Program-made: the position numbers and the translations under genes
IMG/VR virus record: IMGVR_UViG_2974578326_000001
Location: 1-26,710 of that record
DNA: 26,710 nucleotides
Source: a virus
Taxonomy: Duplodnaviria > Heunggongvirae > Uroviricota > Caudoviricetes
Reading direction: 5' to 3' (one strand)
Shown: positions 16,453-25,890 of the stretch, one piece after another
Numbering within the stretch: the stretch's first letter is position 1
Layout of the letters: each line of letters begins with the position of its first letter
Notes under the pieces: generated by a model
Told to the model about the DNA's origin: nothing
The model's input: the letters and a program-made list of their open reading frames with translations, nothing else
The model's database searches: none

Positions 16453-17681
16453 TGGGTAAGAAGAAAAATGAAAGTAAAACCAATTCAACAACTGAAACTA
16501 GTCCTTGGGCACCTGCCCAGGATCAGTTAAAGGATATTTTAAACTTAGCTAAAGAACAGTTTGAGAAGACTGGAGGACTGGATGGTAACTGGTTCGACAG
16601 AGAGCTTCCTGATTTATCTCCTGATATGCGTGAAGCCCTTTCTAGCATGGCTGAATCTGGTAAACTAGGAGATGTTGCCAGTAAATTGGATCAAATGACA
16701 GATTCTGGAATGCAGAACACTGATCTTGCATCTAAAGGATTAGGTCAATTAGCACAAGGAGGTATTTCTGGTGAAGATATTACTGGTCTAGCTTCTCAAT
16801 TGTACGATAACAAACTTGTTGACTCTCAAAAGGATCAATTAGCTAAGGATATTAATAAACAATATGAAGGACAAGTCCACGGATTAAACCAACAAGCTGG
16901 TGCCACTGGTAACATGGGATCTTCTAGGGCTGGTGTTACTCAGGGTGTTATGGCTGGTAAAGCAAATGAAGCAATGGCTAGAGGTGGTGCAGAGATTGAG
17001 AATGCAGCTCGTCAGAATGCATACAATCAATCCCTAGCCACTTTACAGGGTAATCAGGGTACTAACCTTGCTGCCTCACAAGGTCTTGGACAACTGGGTA
17101 TGGGTCAAGCTGGGCTTGGTGCAACAAGTGGTAATCTATATCAACAGATGCTTGGTAATAAATTAAATGCAGCCGGTATTGACCAAAGTAGGCAAGACCA
17201 ACAAGCTGCTAATAATTGGTTTAATCAGATGGGTAATGCTAATGCTGGTTGGGATAATTTATCCAAATACCTTGGAATGACTGGAGCTATTGGTGGTATG
17301 GGAGGTACTTCACATACTCAAGGGACTGTATCACAAGGTGGTGGTGGCGGTATGATGGGTGGATTGAATACTGCTCTTGGTATTGGTTCTACTATTGCTG
17401 GTATGGGTGGTCAAGGTGGTTTTGGTTGGTGGTCTGATGCTTCTATGAAGAAGAAAGTCAAGAAGAAAGGTAAAACCAAAGGTGGTGTATCTAAGTATGA
17501 TTGGGAATGGAATGAGAAAGGTAAAGAGAGGGGTATGAAAGGTAAAGCCTCTGGTGTTCTAGCTCAACAGGTTGAGAAAGAGAAACCTGGAAGTTCCAAG
17601 GCAGATACTAAATCTGGAGCACTTATGGTTGATTACGACAAAGCTGGTGTAAAACCATCAAATAGTAAGAAAAAGAAATAA
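16452..17681 (+). CDS. Core / DNA-ejection protein (P22 gp7-like) with C-terminal S74-like autocleavage domain (409 aa)
   Basis: TAATG coupling; SPWAPAQDQL N-terminus, Gly/Ala/Gln-rich body, C-terminal SD...K...YDWEW...GVLAQQV...P...G.LMVDY. Confidence 0.75.
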   Translation: MGKKKNESKTNSTTETSPWAPAQDQLKDILNLAKEQFEKTGGLDGNWFDRELPDLSPDMREALSSMAESGKLGDVASKLDQMTDSGMQNTDLASKGLGQLAQGGISGEDITGLASQLYDNKLVDSQKDQLAKDINKQYEGQVHGLNQQAGATGNMGSSRAGVTQGVMAGKANEAMARGGAEIENAARQNAYNQSLATLQGNQGTNLAASQGLGQLGMGQAGLGATSGNLYQQMLGNKLNAAGIDQSRQDQQAANNWFNQMGNANAGWDNLSKYLGMTGAIGGMGGTSHTQGTVSQGGGGGMMGGLNTALGIGSTIAGMGGQGGFGWWSDASMKKKVKKKGKTKGGVSKYDWEWNEKGKERGMKGKASGVLAQQVEKEKPGSSKADTKSGALMVDYDKAGVKPSNSKKKK

Positions 17682-17690
17682 GGAGACACT

Positions 17691-18173
17691 ATGGCTGGTA
17701 ATAGAGAGACAACAAATTCAGGATCAAGTTCTATTACCGGAGCAGGTATCAGTACAGCGATTGCCCCCTCTTCTGTGGGGGTTAATCCTACATCTCGTGG
17801 TGAACTGATACTAAATGGTGCTCTGGGTAATGCGGCTATGGGCGGTATGAGTGGCCCTAATATGATTGGATCAAGTGGTGCTGGTTATAATGCTCCAAGT
17901 TTTGGAGGAGGATCTGGAGGTGGTATTCCATCTCAAAGGGATAGGATTCATGCATATATGGGTGGATCATTATTTGATGAAAATGAAGATGAAGAAGAGT
18001 TGATGAAAAAATTCAAACAAATGATGGAGATTATGCAGGGTAAATTAGGGTCTATGCAGCCACAATTATCACCTCAGTTCCAAAACACAAATCAACCTAA
18101 TATGTTTGGTTCTGTACAAAGCCCAAATCTTTTCAATCAATCTGGTGTTTTAAATATGAATAAAACTTTATAA
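17691..18173 (+). CDS. Probable core / ejection protein, Gly/Ser-rich (160 aa)
   Basis: SD AAGGAG; low-complexity composition; lies within the ejection cluster. Confidence 0.65.
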   Translation: MAGNRETTNSGSSSITGAGISTAIAPSSVGVNPTSRGELILNGALGNAAMGGMSGPNMIGSSGAGYNAPSFGGGSGGGIPSQRDRIHAYMGGSLFDENEDEEELMKKFKQMMEIMQGKLGSMQPQLSPQFQNTNQPNMFGSVQSPNLFNQSGVLNMNKTL

Positions 18174-18182
18174 GGGGTTACA

Positions 18183-19046
18183 ATGGCTAATTTTTTAGGA
18201 AGTCTATGGGATTCTGCTATGGTTCCCGTTAACAGTGCTATAGATACTACAAAAGATTTGTTTAAAGGAGATACCAAAGGTGCTTTAAGTAATATTAAAC
18301 ACCTCCCTGGTGATTCAGAAAGAGCTAATAGTAAATTACTAAACAGTTTAGGTGTTAGGGGTTGGGTAGGTGATCACCCTAATGAGACAGCGGCAGCTGT
18401 TATAGCTGCTACTTTAGGTGGGCCTGCGTTATTAAGTGGTTCGGCTGGAGCTGGAGGAACTGGTGCTTCTACAGTAGGTGGTACAGGTATGAGTGCCTAT
18501 TTAGGGCCTAGTGTTGGCTCAGGTGCTCCTACAACGACTTTCCCAGGACTTTTGAATGCTGGTACAGCTTCTAGTACACAAGCCGCCTCCATGGCTCCTG
18601 CAGCCTCTTTTGCTTCACCTCAAGCAGCTTATGCAGCTGGTCAGGGTCAAGGTTTAGGGGCTACTAATGCCATATTGAATGCAGGTAATGCTGGAATTGG
18701 TAATCCTCTGAGTACTGGTGGTGCTTCTAAGTTTACCCCTGCTATGTTGCAACAATCCGGGGCTGATGCAGCAGCTAATGCTGGGCCTGGTGTACAATCT
18801 GTTTCTACAGAGGGTTTTGGAAAACTACCATCAGAAGTTACTAATTCTGGTAAGCCTTTTGATTATGAATTACTTATGAAAACTCTTCAGTCTGTTATAC
18901 CAAGTGAAGAAAGATCACCTTCTAGTATGCCTGTTTCTAGTGGTGGAGTTAGAACTGGTTTTAACTTTGACCGTAAGATTTACGAAAATCCACTACTAAC
19001 TAGAGCATATGGGGAGCTTTATATGAACCCTACTAGTTATAAATAA
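18183..19046 (+). CDS. Probable core / ejection protein, Gly/Ala-rich with hydrophobic segment (287 aa)
   Basis: SD AAGGGG; hydrophobic TAAAVIAATLGGPALL segment; composition typical of internal virion proteins. Confidence 0.68.
   Translation: MANFLGSLWDSAMVPVNSAIDTTKDLFKGDTKGALSNIKHLPGDSERANSKLLNSLGVRGWVGDHPNETAAAVIAATLGGPALLSGSAGAGGTGASTVGGTGMSAYLGPSVGSGAPTTTFPGLLNAGTASSTQAASMAPAASFASPQAAYAAGQGQGLGATNAILNAGNAGIGNPLSTGGASKFTPAMLQQSGADAAANAGPGVQSVSTEGFGKLPSEVTNSGKPFDYELLMKTLQSVIPSEERSPSSMPVSSGGVRTGFNFDRKIYENPLLTRAYGELYMNPTSYK
18973..18998 (+). promoter_or_regulatory. Candidate phage-sigma late promoter GTAAga-N16-ACTA
   Basis: GTAAGA 18973-18978, ACTA 18995-18998, 61 nt upstream of ATG 19060. 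Confidence 0.55.
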
Positions 19047-19059
19047 CAAGGAGAATTAG

Positions 19060-19575
19060 ATGGCCACTAATACTTACTTGGAACGAATGAAAGAATTAGA
19101 AATGGAGAACAATCCAAATAGGGGAATCCAAGAGTCCCCTTCTTTACCTCTTCATCGTCCTCAAGAAAACAAAGGAAATATAATGGCAAAAGGTCTTAAT
19201 GAAGACCAGCCAGAAGAAGATAACTCTTACCAAGATTCATTCTTTTATCAGAATGTAAAAAATTTCCAAGATAATGATGAACACTTTGGTGGAATGTTTA
19301 ATGAATTAGTTGATTTAGCCTCTGCATTGAGGGCTCAGGTTGAACAAGGTTTTATGCCTCAGCCAATAGCTGAACAAAGGATTAGGTCTTTTATAGAAGA
19401 TAGTAATAAACAATATATGAGAGAATTACCTAAGATTAAAAAACAAAAAGAACAACAAGAAACTGAGCAGAAAATGTTGGCACTTTTGGGAGCTTTAGGT
19501 CAAGAAGAACAAGCACCACAAGATAATCTTGATGTTCCAGAAGAAATTATGGGAGGTCAAGATGGCAGTTACTAA
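19060..19575 (+). CDS. Hypothetical core-cluster protein (171 aa)
   Basis: SD AAGGAG; helical, Q/E-rich; overlaps the next gene. Confidence 0.7.
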   Translation: MATNTYLERMKELEMENNPNRGIQESPSLPLHRPQENKGNIMAKGLNEDQPEEDNSYQDSFFYQNVKNFQDNDEHFGGMFNELVDLASALRAQVEQGFMPQPIAEQRIRSFIEDSNKQYMRELPKIKKQKEQQETEQKMLALLGALGQEEQAPQDNLDVPEEIMGGQDGSY

Positions 19576-21235
19576 ATTCCAACAAGATTACTGGGGTAAT
19601 CAGTTTGACAGTATACCAGCTCCCGCTGATAGTGATATCCCTTACGGAACAGGTGTGAGTTTTAAATCTACTCCAGAGTTTAAGCAGGGTATTGACAGAG
19701 ATACTTATATAAGATTAATGGCTGAGAGAAATCCAAATGTTGATGCTAAGACACCACAAGCCAGACAGATAGAAGGAGCTCTAATGAATAGAGGTGGATC
19801 TTCTTCTGGCGATGACAGTTTCTTATCATATGCTACAGCACCTTTCTTAGCACCAATTAAAGGAGCAATTGGAATGGCTGCAGATGCTTACGTAGACAGT
19901 GAAGTAGAAGATCAGTATTTCAGAGAAACTGGTGAACATTTACCAGCTCAGCAAATATATCAAATGATGGAAAATAAAGATCCATCCATGGATACTAATC
20001 AGGCTTTGGGTCTTGAGAGAACTGAAGAGCAACTAAGAGAAGGTGCAGAACCTGTTGGTGATCCATCGGTTTCCCCTTCTGGTACACTAGCTACAATGAA
20101 TAAGAATATCATCTCTGGTGTAGGTACAAGTACTGGTTCTGTTAGTCAACCAACGCTTCCTAAGCCGCCTGATCCGAAACAAGTAGAAAAGAAAGCTTTT
20201 TCAGAATATGGTAAAGCTGTATCTTTTGATCAGAATAAAATACCTGAGTGGTATAATTCTCACTCTTTCAGTGCAGGTTTAATTTCTTTTGGGTTGAATT
20301 TACTTAGTGGAAATGATCTAGCAACTTCTTTTAACGCTGCATCTAATCTTTTCATGAACACTTATGGTGAAGAGAAAAGAAGCATTTGGGCTCAAGATTT
20401 AGCAGCTCAAGGTTTTGATGCCACTGAGATTGAACAATGGGTAAGGACTGGCGATAGTAAAGTGTTAACGAAACCAGAAGAAAAACGCATGAAGCAAATC
20501 CAAATGGAAACTAGTTTAGCTCAGTTAGATAATTTACAATATGCTAATAGTCCTGAAATGAGGCAGTATAAACTTGATCAAGATCAGTTTGATAGAGGGT
20601 TGAAACTAGAAGGTCTTAACCTTCAAAGACAACAGCTTGCTCAAAATGCTGCTAATCAGCGTGCTATGTTAGCTCTAAGACAAGAGGCTGCTCAGAATAA
20701 AATGTCAATGACTGAATTCAAGCTAAGGGGTGAGTTAATACAGTCACAAGCAGTAGCTGCTCAAAGGGCTGAAACAATTGCTGCTGGTAGAGACTTACTA
20801 AATGATCCAGATTTAGAACTAGTTGGTTCAACTGTTGATCGTAAAGTTGCTCGTGGTGCCTCTGATATGTTTGGTGATAGTAGGGGTGTTAATCTTAACT
20901 CTAAGATTGATCACTATAATAACAAACTTACTAACTTAGGTAACGCCAACTTGTACTTAGAAGCAGGTGGTAACAGAATCTTTGCTAAAGAAATGGAGAA
21001 TGCAGCTAAAAACTTCGTTAAGATTAGTGTTGATATGACACCTACTCAGATAAGAAATGCTCTTGCTAAGAATGAGCAGGTTACATCAAGATTAGATCAA
21101 ATGGCTAGATCTATGGCTGAAACAGGTCAGCATCTTAAAGCTAGTGAGGTATCTTATGGTACTCCACAATATGCTACAGCTGCTCCAACACAGTATTACA
21201 GTTTTGATCCAAGTCAAGTTAAGATTAGTCGTTAA
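19562..21235 (+). CDS. Probable DNA-injection / core protein (557 aa)
   Basis: SD GGAGG at 19552-19556 favours ATG 19562 over 19529; hydrophobic FSAGLISFGLNLLSG segment followed by long helical Q/A-rich region; position in ejection cluster. Confidence 0.72.
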   Translation: MAVTKFQQDYWGNQFDSIPAPADSDIPYGTGVSFKSTPEFKQGIDRDTYIRLMAERNPNVDAKTPQARQIEGALMNRGGSSSGDDSFLSYATAPFLAPIKGAIGMAADAYVDSEVEDQYFRETGEHLPAQQIYQMMENKDPSMDTNQALGLERTEEQLREGAEPVGDPSVSPSGTLATMNKNIISGVGTSTGSVSQPTLPKPPDPKQVEKKAFSEYGKAVSFDQNKIPEWYNSHSFSAGLISFGLNLLSGNDLATSFNAASNLFMNTYGEEKRSIWAQDLAAQGFDATEIEQWVRTGDSKVLTKPEEKRMKQIQMETSLAQLDNLQYANSPEMRQYKLDQDQFDRGLKLEGLNLQRQQLAQNAANQRAMLALRQEAAQNKMSMTEFKLRGELIQSQAVAAQRAETIAAGRDLLNDPDLELVGSTVDRKVARGASDMFGDSRGVNLNSKIDHYNNKLTNLGNANLYLEAGGNRIFAKEMENAAKNFVKISVDMTPTQIRNALAKNEQVTSRLDQMARSMAETGQHLKASEVSYGTPQYATAAPTQYYSFDPSQVKISR

Positions 21236-21240
21236 TAACT

Positions 21241-21262
21241 AGGGAGCGATTTGCTCCCTTTT
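21241..21262 (+). terminator. Weak terminator-like hairpin before the large core gene
   Basis: AGGGAGC-GATTT-GCTCCCT stem-loop with only four T; directly followed by SD AGGAG. Confidence 0.55.
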
Positions 21263-21272
21263 AGGAGATAAT

Positions 21273-24200
21273 ATGTCTGTAAAAGCAGAATACAACGGTT
21301 TTAAGTATGAGTTTCCAGATGGATCAACTGATGCTGATATTAATAATTATATACAAAATCATCAAATTCAACTTCAGAATCAGAATTCACAAAAAGATAA
21401 AAGCTATATGAGTCAAGATCCATACTCAACTATTGACAGTATGTCACCTGAATATCAAAATGTTCCAGTTCAACAGAACCAACCAGGGTTCTTTTCTGGT
21501 ACTGAAGACTCAAGTATTGGAAAAACAATTTCCTCATCATTAGATCGTAGGTTTCAAAATACACTTGCATCACTTACAAATGGTGAGAACCAATCTCGTT
21601 ACCAGCGCAGAAAAGCGGAATTAGCTAACAAAACTTACGCTGAAGAGGCTTCAAAACTAAGTACATTAGGTCATTTGGCAGCTGGTGCTGTGGATATTGC
21701 ACCTGTTATGGCGGCTACCGCTATCACAAGAAACCCAGCAGCTGGTGCTGCAATGATGGGTGGTTTAACTACAGCAGACACATTGGCGTCCCAATTAGAA
21801 ACACAAGGTGATTATAACTGGGGTGATGCAGCTGAGGCTGGTGCTGGTGCAGCAGCTTTTGATATGGCTACAATGGGTATAGCTGGTAAAGGTTTGAATC
21901 TAGCAAGACAATTATCAACACCTGTTCGTAGAGTTGCTGGGGAAGTTGGTACAATGACAGGCCAGGGTGCTGTATCAGCTGGCGGTTCTAATACACTAAT
22001 GAACTTAGCGTCAGGTCGTCCTTGGGATCAGAATCTAGGCGAATCTATGGCTATGGGTGGTTTAGCAGGTGGTACTATTCATGGTGGTTCAATGGGTTTC
22101 AATAGATTAACAGGTGCTAACCAAGGTTTAGGAATTCAACCTAATGAATCTGGTACAACCTCTATCGATAGACAAACAAGATTGAAAAACGATGGATTTA
22201 ATATCCCAGAAGATGTTTCAAGAACTGCTGTTGAATACGATAACTTATCTCGTCACTTTAATGAAGAGTTAATGGAAACACCTGCTTATAGTCAGGAAGC
22301 TTTTAATCATATCGAAGGAATGATTAATAACTCATTAGAAAATGGCTCTCCATCAGCTATTTCAAACGCTTATGATACGTTACTAAACAACGGAATGCCA
22401 TTGACTGCAAAAGGATTAGATATTGAATTTGGTACTGGCTATGGGAGTGAAGGTATACATAATTTAGCTGAACTTCAAGGTTACAGTAGAACTGATATTG
22501 AACGAGCTGGATCTGCACTACATAGATTAGTCCCTCGTAGAAGTACTCTGAAATCTGGGTTAAGTCCACAGGGTCAGTTAAAAAGTATACAGGATGCATA
22601 TAATAAGAGTATTAATGAGGTGATGTCTCCAATTAAGGAAGGCTTATCTCATCTTGACAGATTAATTGCTGAGAATAGTACCCTTACTGGTGGGCCAGTC
22701 ACTTCCCTAAAGACTGCACGTAATTCAATGGAAAGATTGAATAAACTAGCTAATAATTTATACAGAGAAAGTACTATACCTACTAAGGATGAATTAAGAG
22801 ATGTATCTATCTCCTTAATGAGATCTTTAAATGAAGCTGGTGAATTAGGTAACATGAAAGGTCTCGATGGAAAACCTGGATCTTTTAATCCTGTTGATAT
22901 CATCAGTACCTTAAATTTTGTACATAAAGCTGCCAGCCAAGCATATCCGAGTGTTCGTGAAGGTAAACCTGATGTTTCTAAAGAGTCTTCTAAAACATTA
23001 GATATGACTCCTATAGATGCAGTCATTGACGCCAGCCTAATAGCTGCCCATTTACCACCTGTTAAAACTATTGGTGGAATGGTGAAGAAAATCATGAGCG
23101 GTGGACATCGTGAAAGACAGTACAAAAGAGCAACTAGTCGTGCAGAAGAGTCAATGCGTAAGTGGTCAGAAGAAGTGGCTCAGAGATCCAATGATTCTCA
23201 TGTTGTGAGAAATGAACCTTTAGAGAGAGGTGATCTTGATGGGGGTGCTAGTAAAGCAGCAGATGACTTAGCAGAAATGGGTTACTCTGTAAAAGAATCA
23301 ACTTCTCCAAAGATAACTGATGACTTACCTCCTGTAGAACCGTCTACAAAAGCTACTGAATCAGCACAGGAACAATCTTCTAGTGATAAAGGTACAACTG
23401 GTCAGGAACCGTCTAAGACTCCAGAGCAACAGCTTAGAGAGTTTATAGAAGCAATGCCTAAAGCAGATGCTGAGAAATTTTCTAAGATTATGGATAAGCT
23501 TTCTAGCGAAAACACTAAACCATCAAAAGAAGATTTAACTTTTGTTGCTGAGATGACAAACCGTTATGGTAAACAACCAGAAACAGAATTCCCAGTAGAA
23601 GGCCCTACAATTCCTGAATCTGTCCTTAAAGAAAGATCTGGTACAAGTGATCCTAACTTAGCCAGTGATTATATGAGAAGTCAGAGAAATCGTAAACCTA
23701 AAGAGGATTCTGTAGTACCTGAAGAGAATAAACAATCTGTTGACAAAACAGATCTTATTGACGATGGTCATAAAACTGGTCAATTAGCTGATGATGTTTT
23801 TACAGCTCAAGAGTTGATTGATGGTGTTACTAAAACAGACATTAGTGAATTTGCTAGTAAACCTAAGAGAAGGGAGAAAAAAGTTGAGGAACCTAAAGAA
23901 GAAGCTAAAGAATCTCCTAAATCAACTGTGGATTCCAAGGATCTAGCCTCTAAACCAGAAAGAAAGGTTAAAGAAGAGCCTAAAGAAGTAGAACAACCTA
24001 AGAAAGAAGAGAGTAAAAAAGAAGAGACACCTGTTGAAGATGTTGAACCTAAAAAGAAATCTTCAGTTGATTCTAAAGACTTAGCTTCTAAACCTGAGCA
24101 ACGTGTTAAAGAAGAACCTAAGCCTAAAGAGATTGAGAAGCCTCAAGATGTAAAAGAATCAAAACCATCTGAACCTAAAACTAAAGCTTTTGAATTAGCT

Positions 24201-25862
24201 ATGAAACCTTTAAATGAGAAGATTTCCGAACTAAATCAAGTTAAGGTTAAGGACAGTAATATAAAACTGCAAACTGAGCGTGTTAAACAGATTGATTTGA
24301 AGAAAAAAATTGAACAAGCTGTTACTAACTATGCTAATGATTTTAGGAATAATGTTACTAAAAATGAGGTTGGTCAAATAATCTTAGATATGGGTGGTGT
24401 TTCCAAATTAACAGAAGGTGGTAGGACTCCTGCTCAGAATCTTAAATTGATAATGGATGAGCATAAAGCTAAGGTTGCAGAACAAGCTTCTAAAGATGTT
24501 GAAAACATTAAGAAACTTTCTGATGAAGAGATTCGTAAAATTGAAGAATCTAAGAAAGAAGAGTTTGAAAGAACAGTAACTGATACTCTTAAAGCTAAAG
24601 GTATTGAAGATTCTGTTATTTCCGAGGCCTTTTCTAGAGCTAGAAGTGAGCTTGAAGGTGATATTAAACCTTCTCATATACTGGATTACTCTAAAAGGAT
24701 TATGAAAGAAAACTCTGAAGCTGCTAAAGCAGAAGCTCTTAAAACATCTGAATCATTGAAAAGTAAAGAGAAAGATTTATCTAATCTTAAATCTGGTGAA
24801 ATGAAAACCATAACCAGGACTTTACGTGATAGTAAGAATGATTTGAGAGAGTATGCTGAAAGACTTGGTATGGGATCAGATAAAGATGTTAGGAATATCA
24901 TAGAAAGAGCAACTCGTAGTTTAAGTGGGAAAGGAAAAGCACTTACAGAGTCACAAGAAAGATCTGTAATCAACAAAATCCATGACCACATTGATGCTCA
25001 GACTAAAGCTTACGAAGAAGCTCTATCGAAACCTATGACGGATCAACCTGTTGAACTGGCTAGATACAAAGCTACTTTATCAAGCTTAAAAAGAGCTCAG
25101 GGTCTAAAAGATTCTGCTCAATCTAATTTGGACAAGAAGATTGATAGTAGAAAGAAAGATGCTGAAAGATTAGCTCATAGATATGAGAAAAGGGATGCTG
25201 AAATTGAATCACTAAATAAGGAGATTCAGGATCTGAGGAAGGAATTGGATAAATCTAATGAAGTACTGAAAGATGCTACCGATTCTATTTCTAAATTAGA
25301 AAGTATTTCTAAATCAGATATTGATAATGTTAATGTTGACACATCTAAGATGCACGATAAAATTATTAATGAAGTTAAGAAGATGTTAAAAGATATCCCT
25401 TCTTCAGATGTAATGGAAAGAACAAATCGTGTTGTTGAAGATATGCCAGCTACATTAGAAAGTATCAATGATCCTAGGTTTATAGCATATAAAGCAACAC
25501 TAGAAGGTGTGTCAGATGCATTGAGAAGGTCTGGTAAGACACAAGAAGCTAAAGCTACTAATGCTACCTTAAAAGCTCTTGAGAACGCATTGAAGCGCAA
25601 AGAATTGACTGATAATCCAGAGTTGTGGGTGTCAGTTGAAGATAGGAATATGATAAACAAAAAACTTAGTGAAGATAAACCAAGTATTGCTCCTTATTAT
25701 GGTACTCTTTACCAGAAATTAAGAGCTGCTGTATTTGGTGATGAATCTACTAAGCACTATGTTCATTATACTGAAGGAAGGATTAATTCTGAAATTAGGA
25801 AGTTGAAGGAGAAAAACATCGACCCAGGAGAAGCAGGAATTAATTCACCTAATATCAAATAA
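21273..25862 (+). CDS. Large internal virion / ejection protein (1529 aa)
   Basis: SD AGGAG; YKFEFPDG-type N-terminus (FKYEFPDGS), Gly/Ala-rich hydrophobic segments, central E/K/P low-complexity linker, long helical C-terminus; last gene of the late arm as in phiEco32-like phages. Confidence 0.8.
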   Translation: MSVKAEYNGFKYEFPDGSTDADINNYIQNHQIQLQNQNSQKDKSYMSQDPYSTIDSMSPEYQNVPVQQNQPGFFSGTEDSSIGKTISSSLDRRFQNTLASLTNGENQSRYQRRKAELANKTYAEEASKLSTLGHLAAGAVDIAPVMAATAITRNPAAGAAMMGGLTTADTLASQLETQGDYNWGDAAEAGAGAAAFDMATMGIAGKGLNLARQLSTPVRRVAGEVGTMTGQGAVSAGGSNTLMNLASGRPWDQNLGESMAMGGLAGGTIHGGSMGFNRLTGANQGLGIQPNESGTTSIDRQTRLKNDGFNIPEDVSRTAVEYDNLSRHFNEELMETPAYSQEAFNHIEGMINNSLENGSPSAISNAYDTLLNNGMPLTAKGLDIEFGTGYGSEGIHNLAELQGYSRTDIERAGSALHRLVPRRSTLKSGLSPQGQLKSIQDAYNKSINEVMSPIKEGLSHLDRLIAENSTLTGGPVTSLKTARNSMERLNKLANNLYRESTIPTKDELRDVSISLMRSLNEAGELGNMKGLDGKPGSFNPVDIISTLNFVHKAASQAYPSVREGKPDVSKESSKTLDMTPIDAVIDASLIAAHLPPVKTIGGMVKKIMSGGHRERQYKRATSRAEESMRKWSEEVAQRSNDSHVVRNEPLERGDLDGGASKAADDLAEMGYSVKESTSPKITDDLPPVEPSTKATESAQEQSSSDKGTTGQEPSKTPEQQLREFIEAMPKADAEKFSKIMDKLSSENTKPSKEDLTFVAEMTNRYGKQPETEFPVEGPTIPESVLKERSGTSDPNLASDYMRSQRNRKPKEDSVVPEENKQSVDKTDLIDDGHKTGQLADDVFTAQELIDGVTKTDISEFASKPKRREKKVEEPKEEAKESPKSTVDSKDLASKPERKVKEEPKEVEQPKKEESKKEETPVEDVEPKKKSSVDSKDLASKPEQRVKEEPKPKEIEKPQDVKESKPSEPKTKAFELAMKPLNEKISELNQVKVKDSNIKLQTERVKQIDLKKKIEQAVTNYANDFRNNVTKNEVGQIILDMGGVSKLTEGGRTPAQNLKLIMDEHKAKVAEQASKDVENIKKLSDEEIRKIEESKKEEFERTVTDTLKAKGIEDSVISEAFSRARSELEGDIKPSHILDYSKRIMKENSEAAKAEALKTSESLKSKEKDLSNLKSGEMKTITRTLRDSKNDLREYAERLGMGSDKDVRNIIERATRSLSGKGKALTESQERSVINKIHDHIDAQTKAYEEALSKPMTDQPVELARYKATLSSLKRAQGLKDSAQSNLDKKIDSRKKDAERLAHRYEKRDAEIESLNKEIQDLRKELDKSNEVLKDATDSISKLESISKSDIDNVNVDTSKMHDKIINEVKKMLKDIPSSDVMERTNRVVEDMPATLESINDPRFIAYKATLEGVSDALRRSGKTQEAKATNATLKALENALKRKELTDNPELWVSVEDRNMINKKLSEDKPSIAPYYGTLYQKLRAAVFGDESTKHYVHYTEGRINSEIRKLKEKNIDPGEAGINSPNIK

Positions 25863-25890
25863 AAAATAGGCTCCTTTATTGGAGCCTTTT
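25861..25890. terminator. Bidirectional terminator between convergent gene blocks
   Basis: A-tract, AGGCTCC-TTTATT-GGAGCCT stem-loop, T-tract; located where plus- and minus-strand genes converge. Confidence 0.85.

Noticed and set aside
2984-17691. GTAA..-N17-ACTA variants at 2984, 12295, 16474 and 17665, and GTAAat-N16-tCTA at 1209
   Set aside because: Spacing or sequence departs from the consensus and most lie deep in coding regions; not distinguishable from chance.
15-19561. Upstream starts in the ORF track (15, 1508, 3923, 5105, 7842, 9610, 19529)
   Set aside because: They lack a suitably spaced SD and mostly overlap the previous gene; downstream ATGs at 36, 1544, 3953, 5153, 7887, 9613 and 19562 have clear SD sequences.
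287-25660. Minus-strand ORFs inside large genes (e.g. 287-508, 1909-2094, 11777-12193, 12197-12433, 22649-23125, 25226-25660)
   Set aside because: Antisense shadows of codon-biased genes, with S/L/I/F-rich translations and no motifs.
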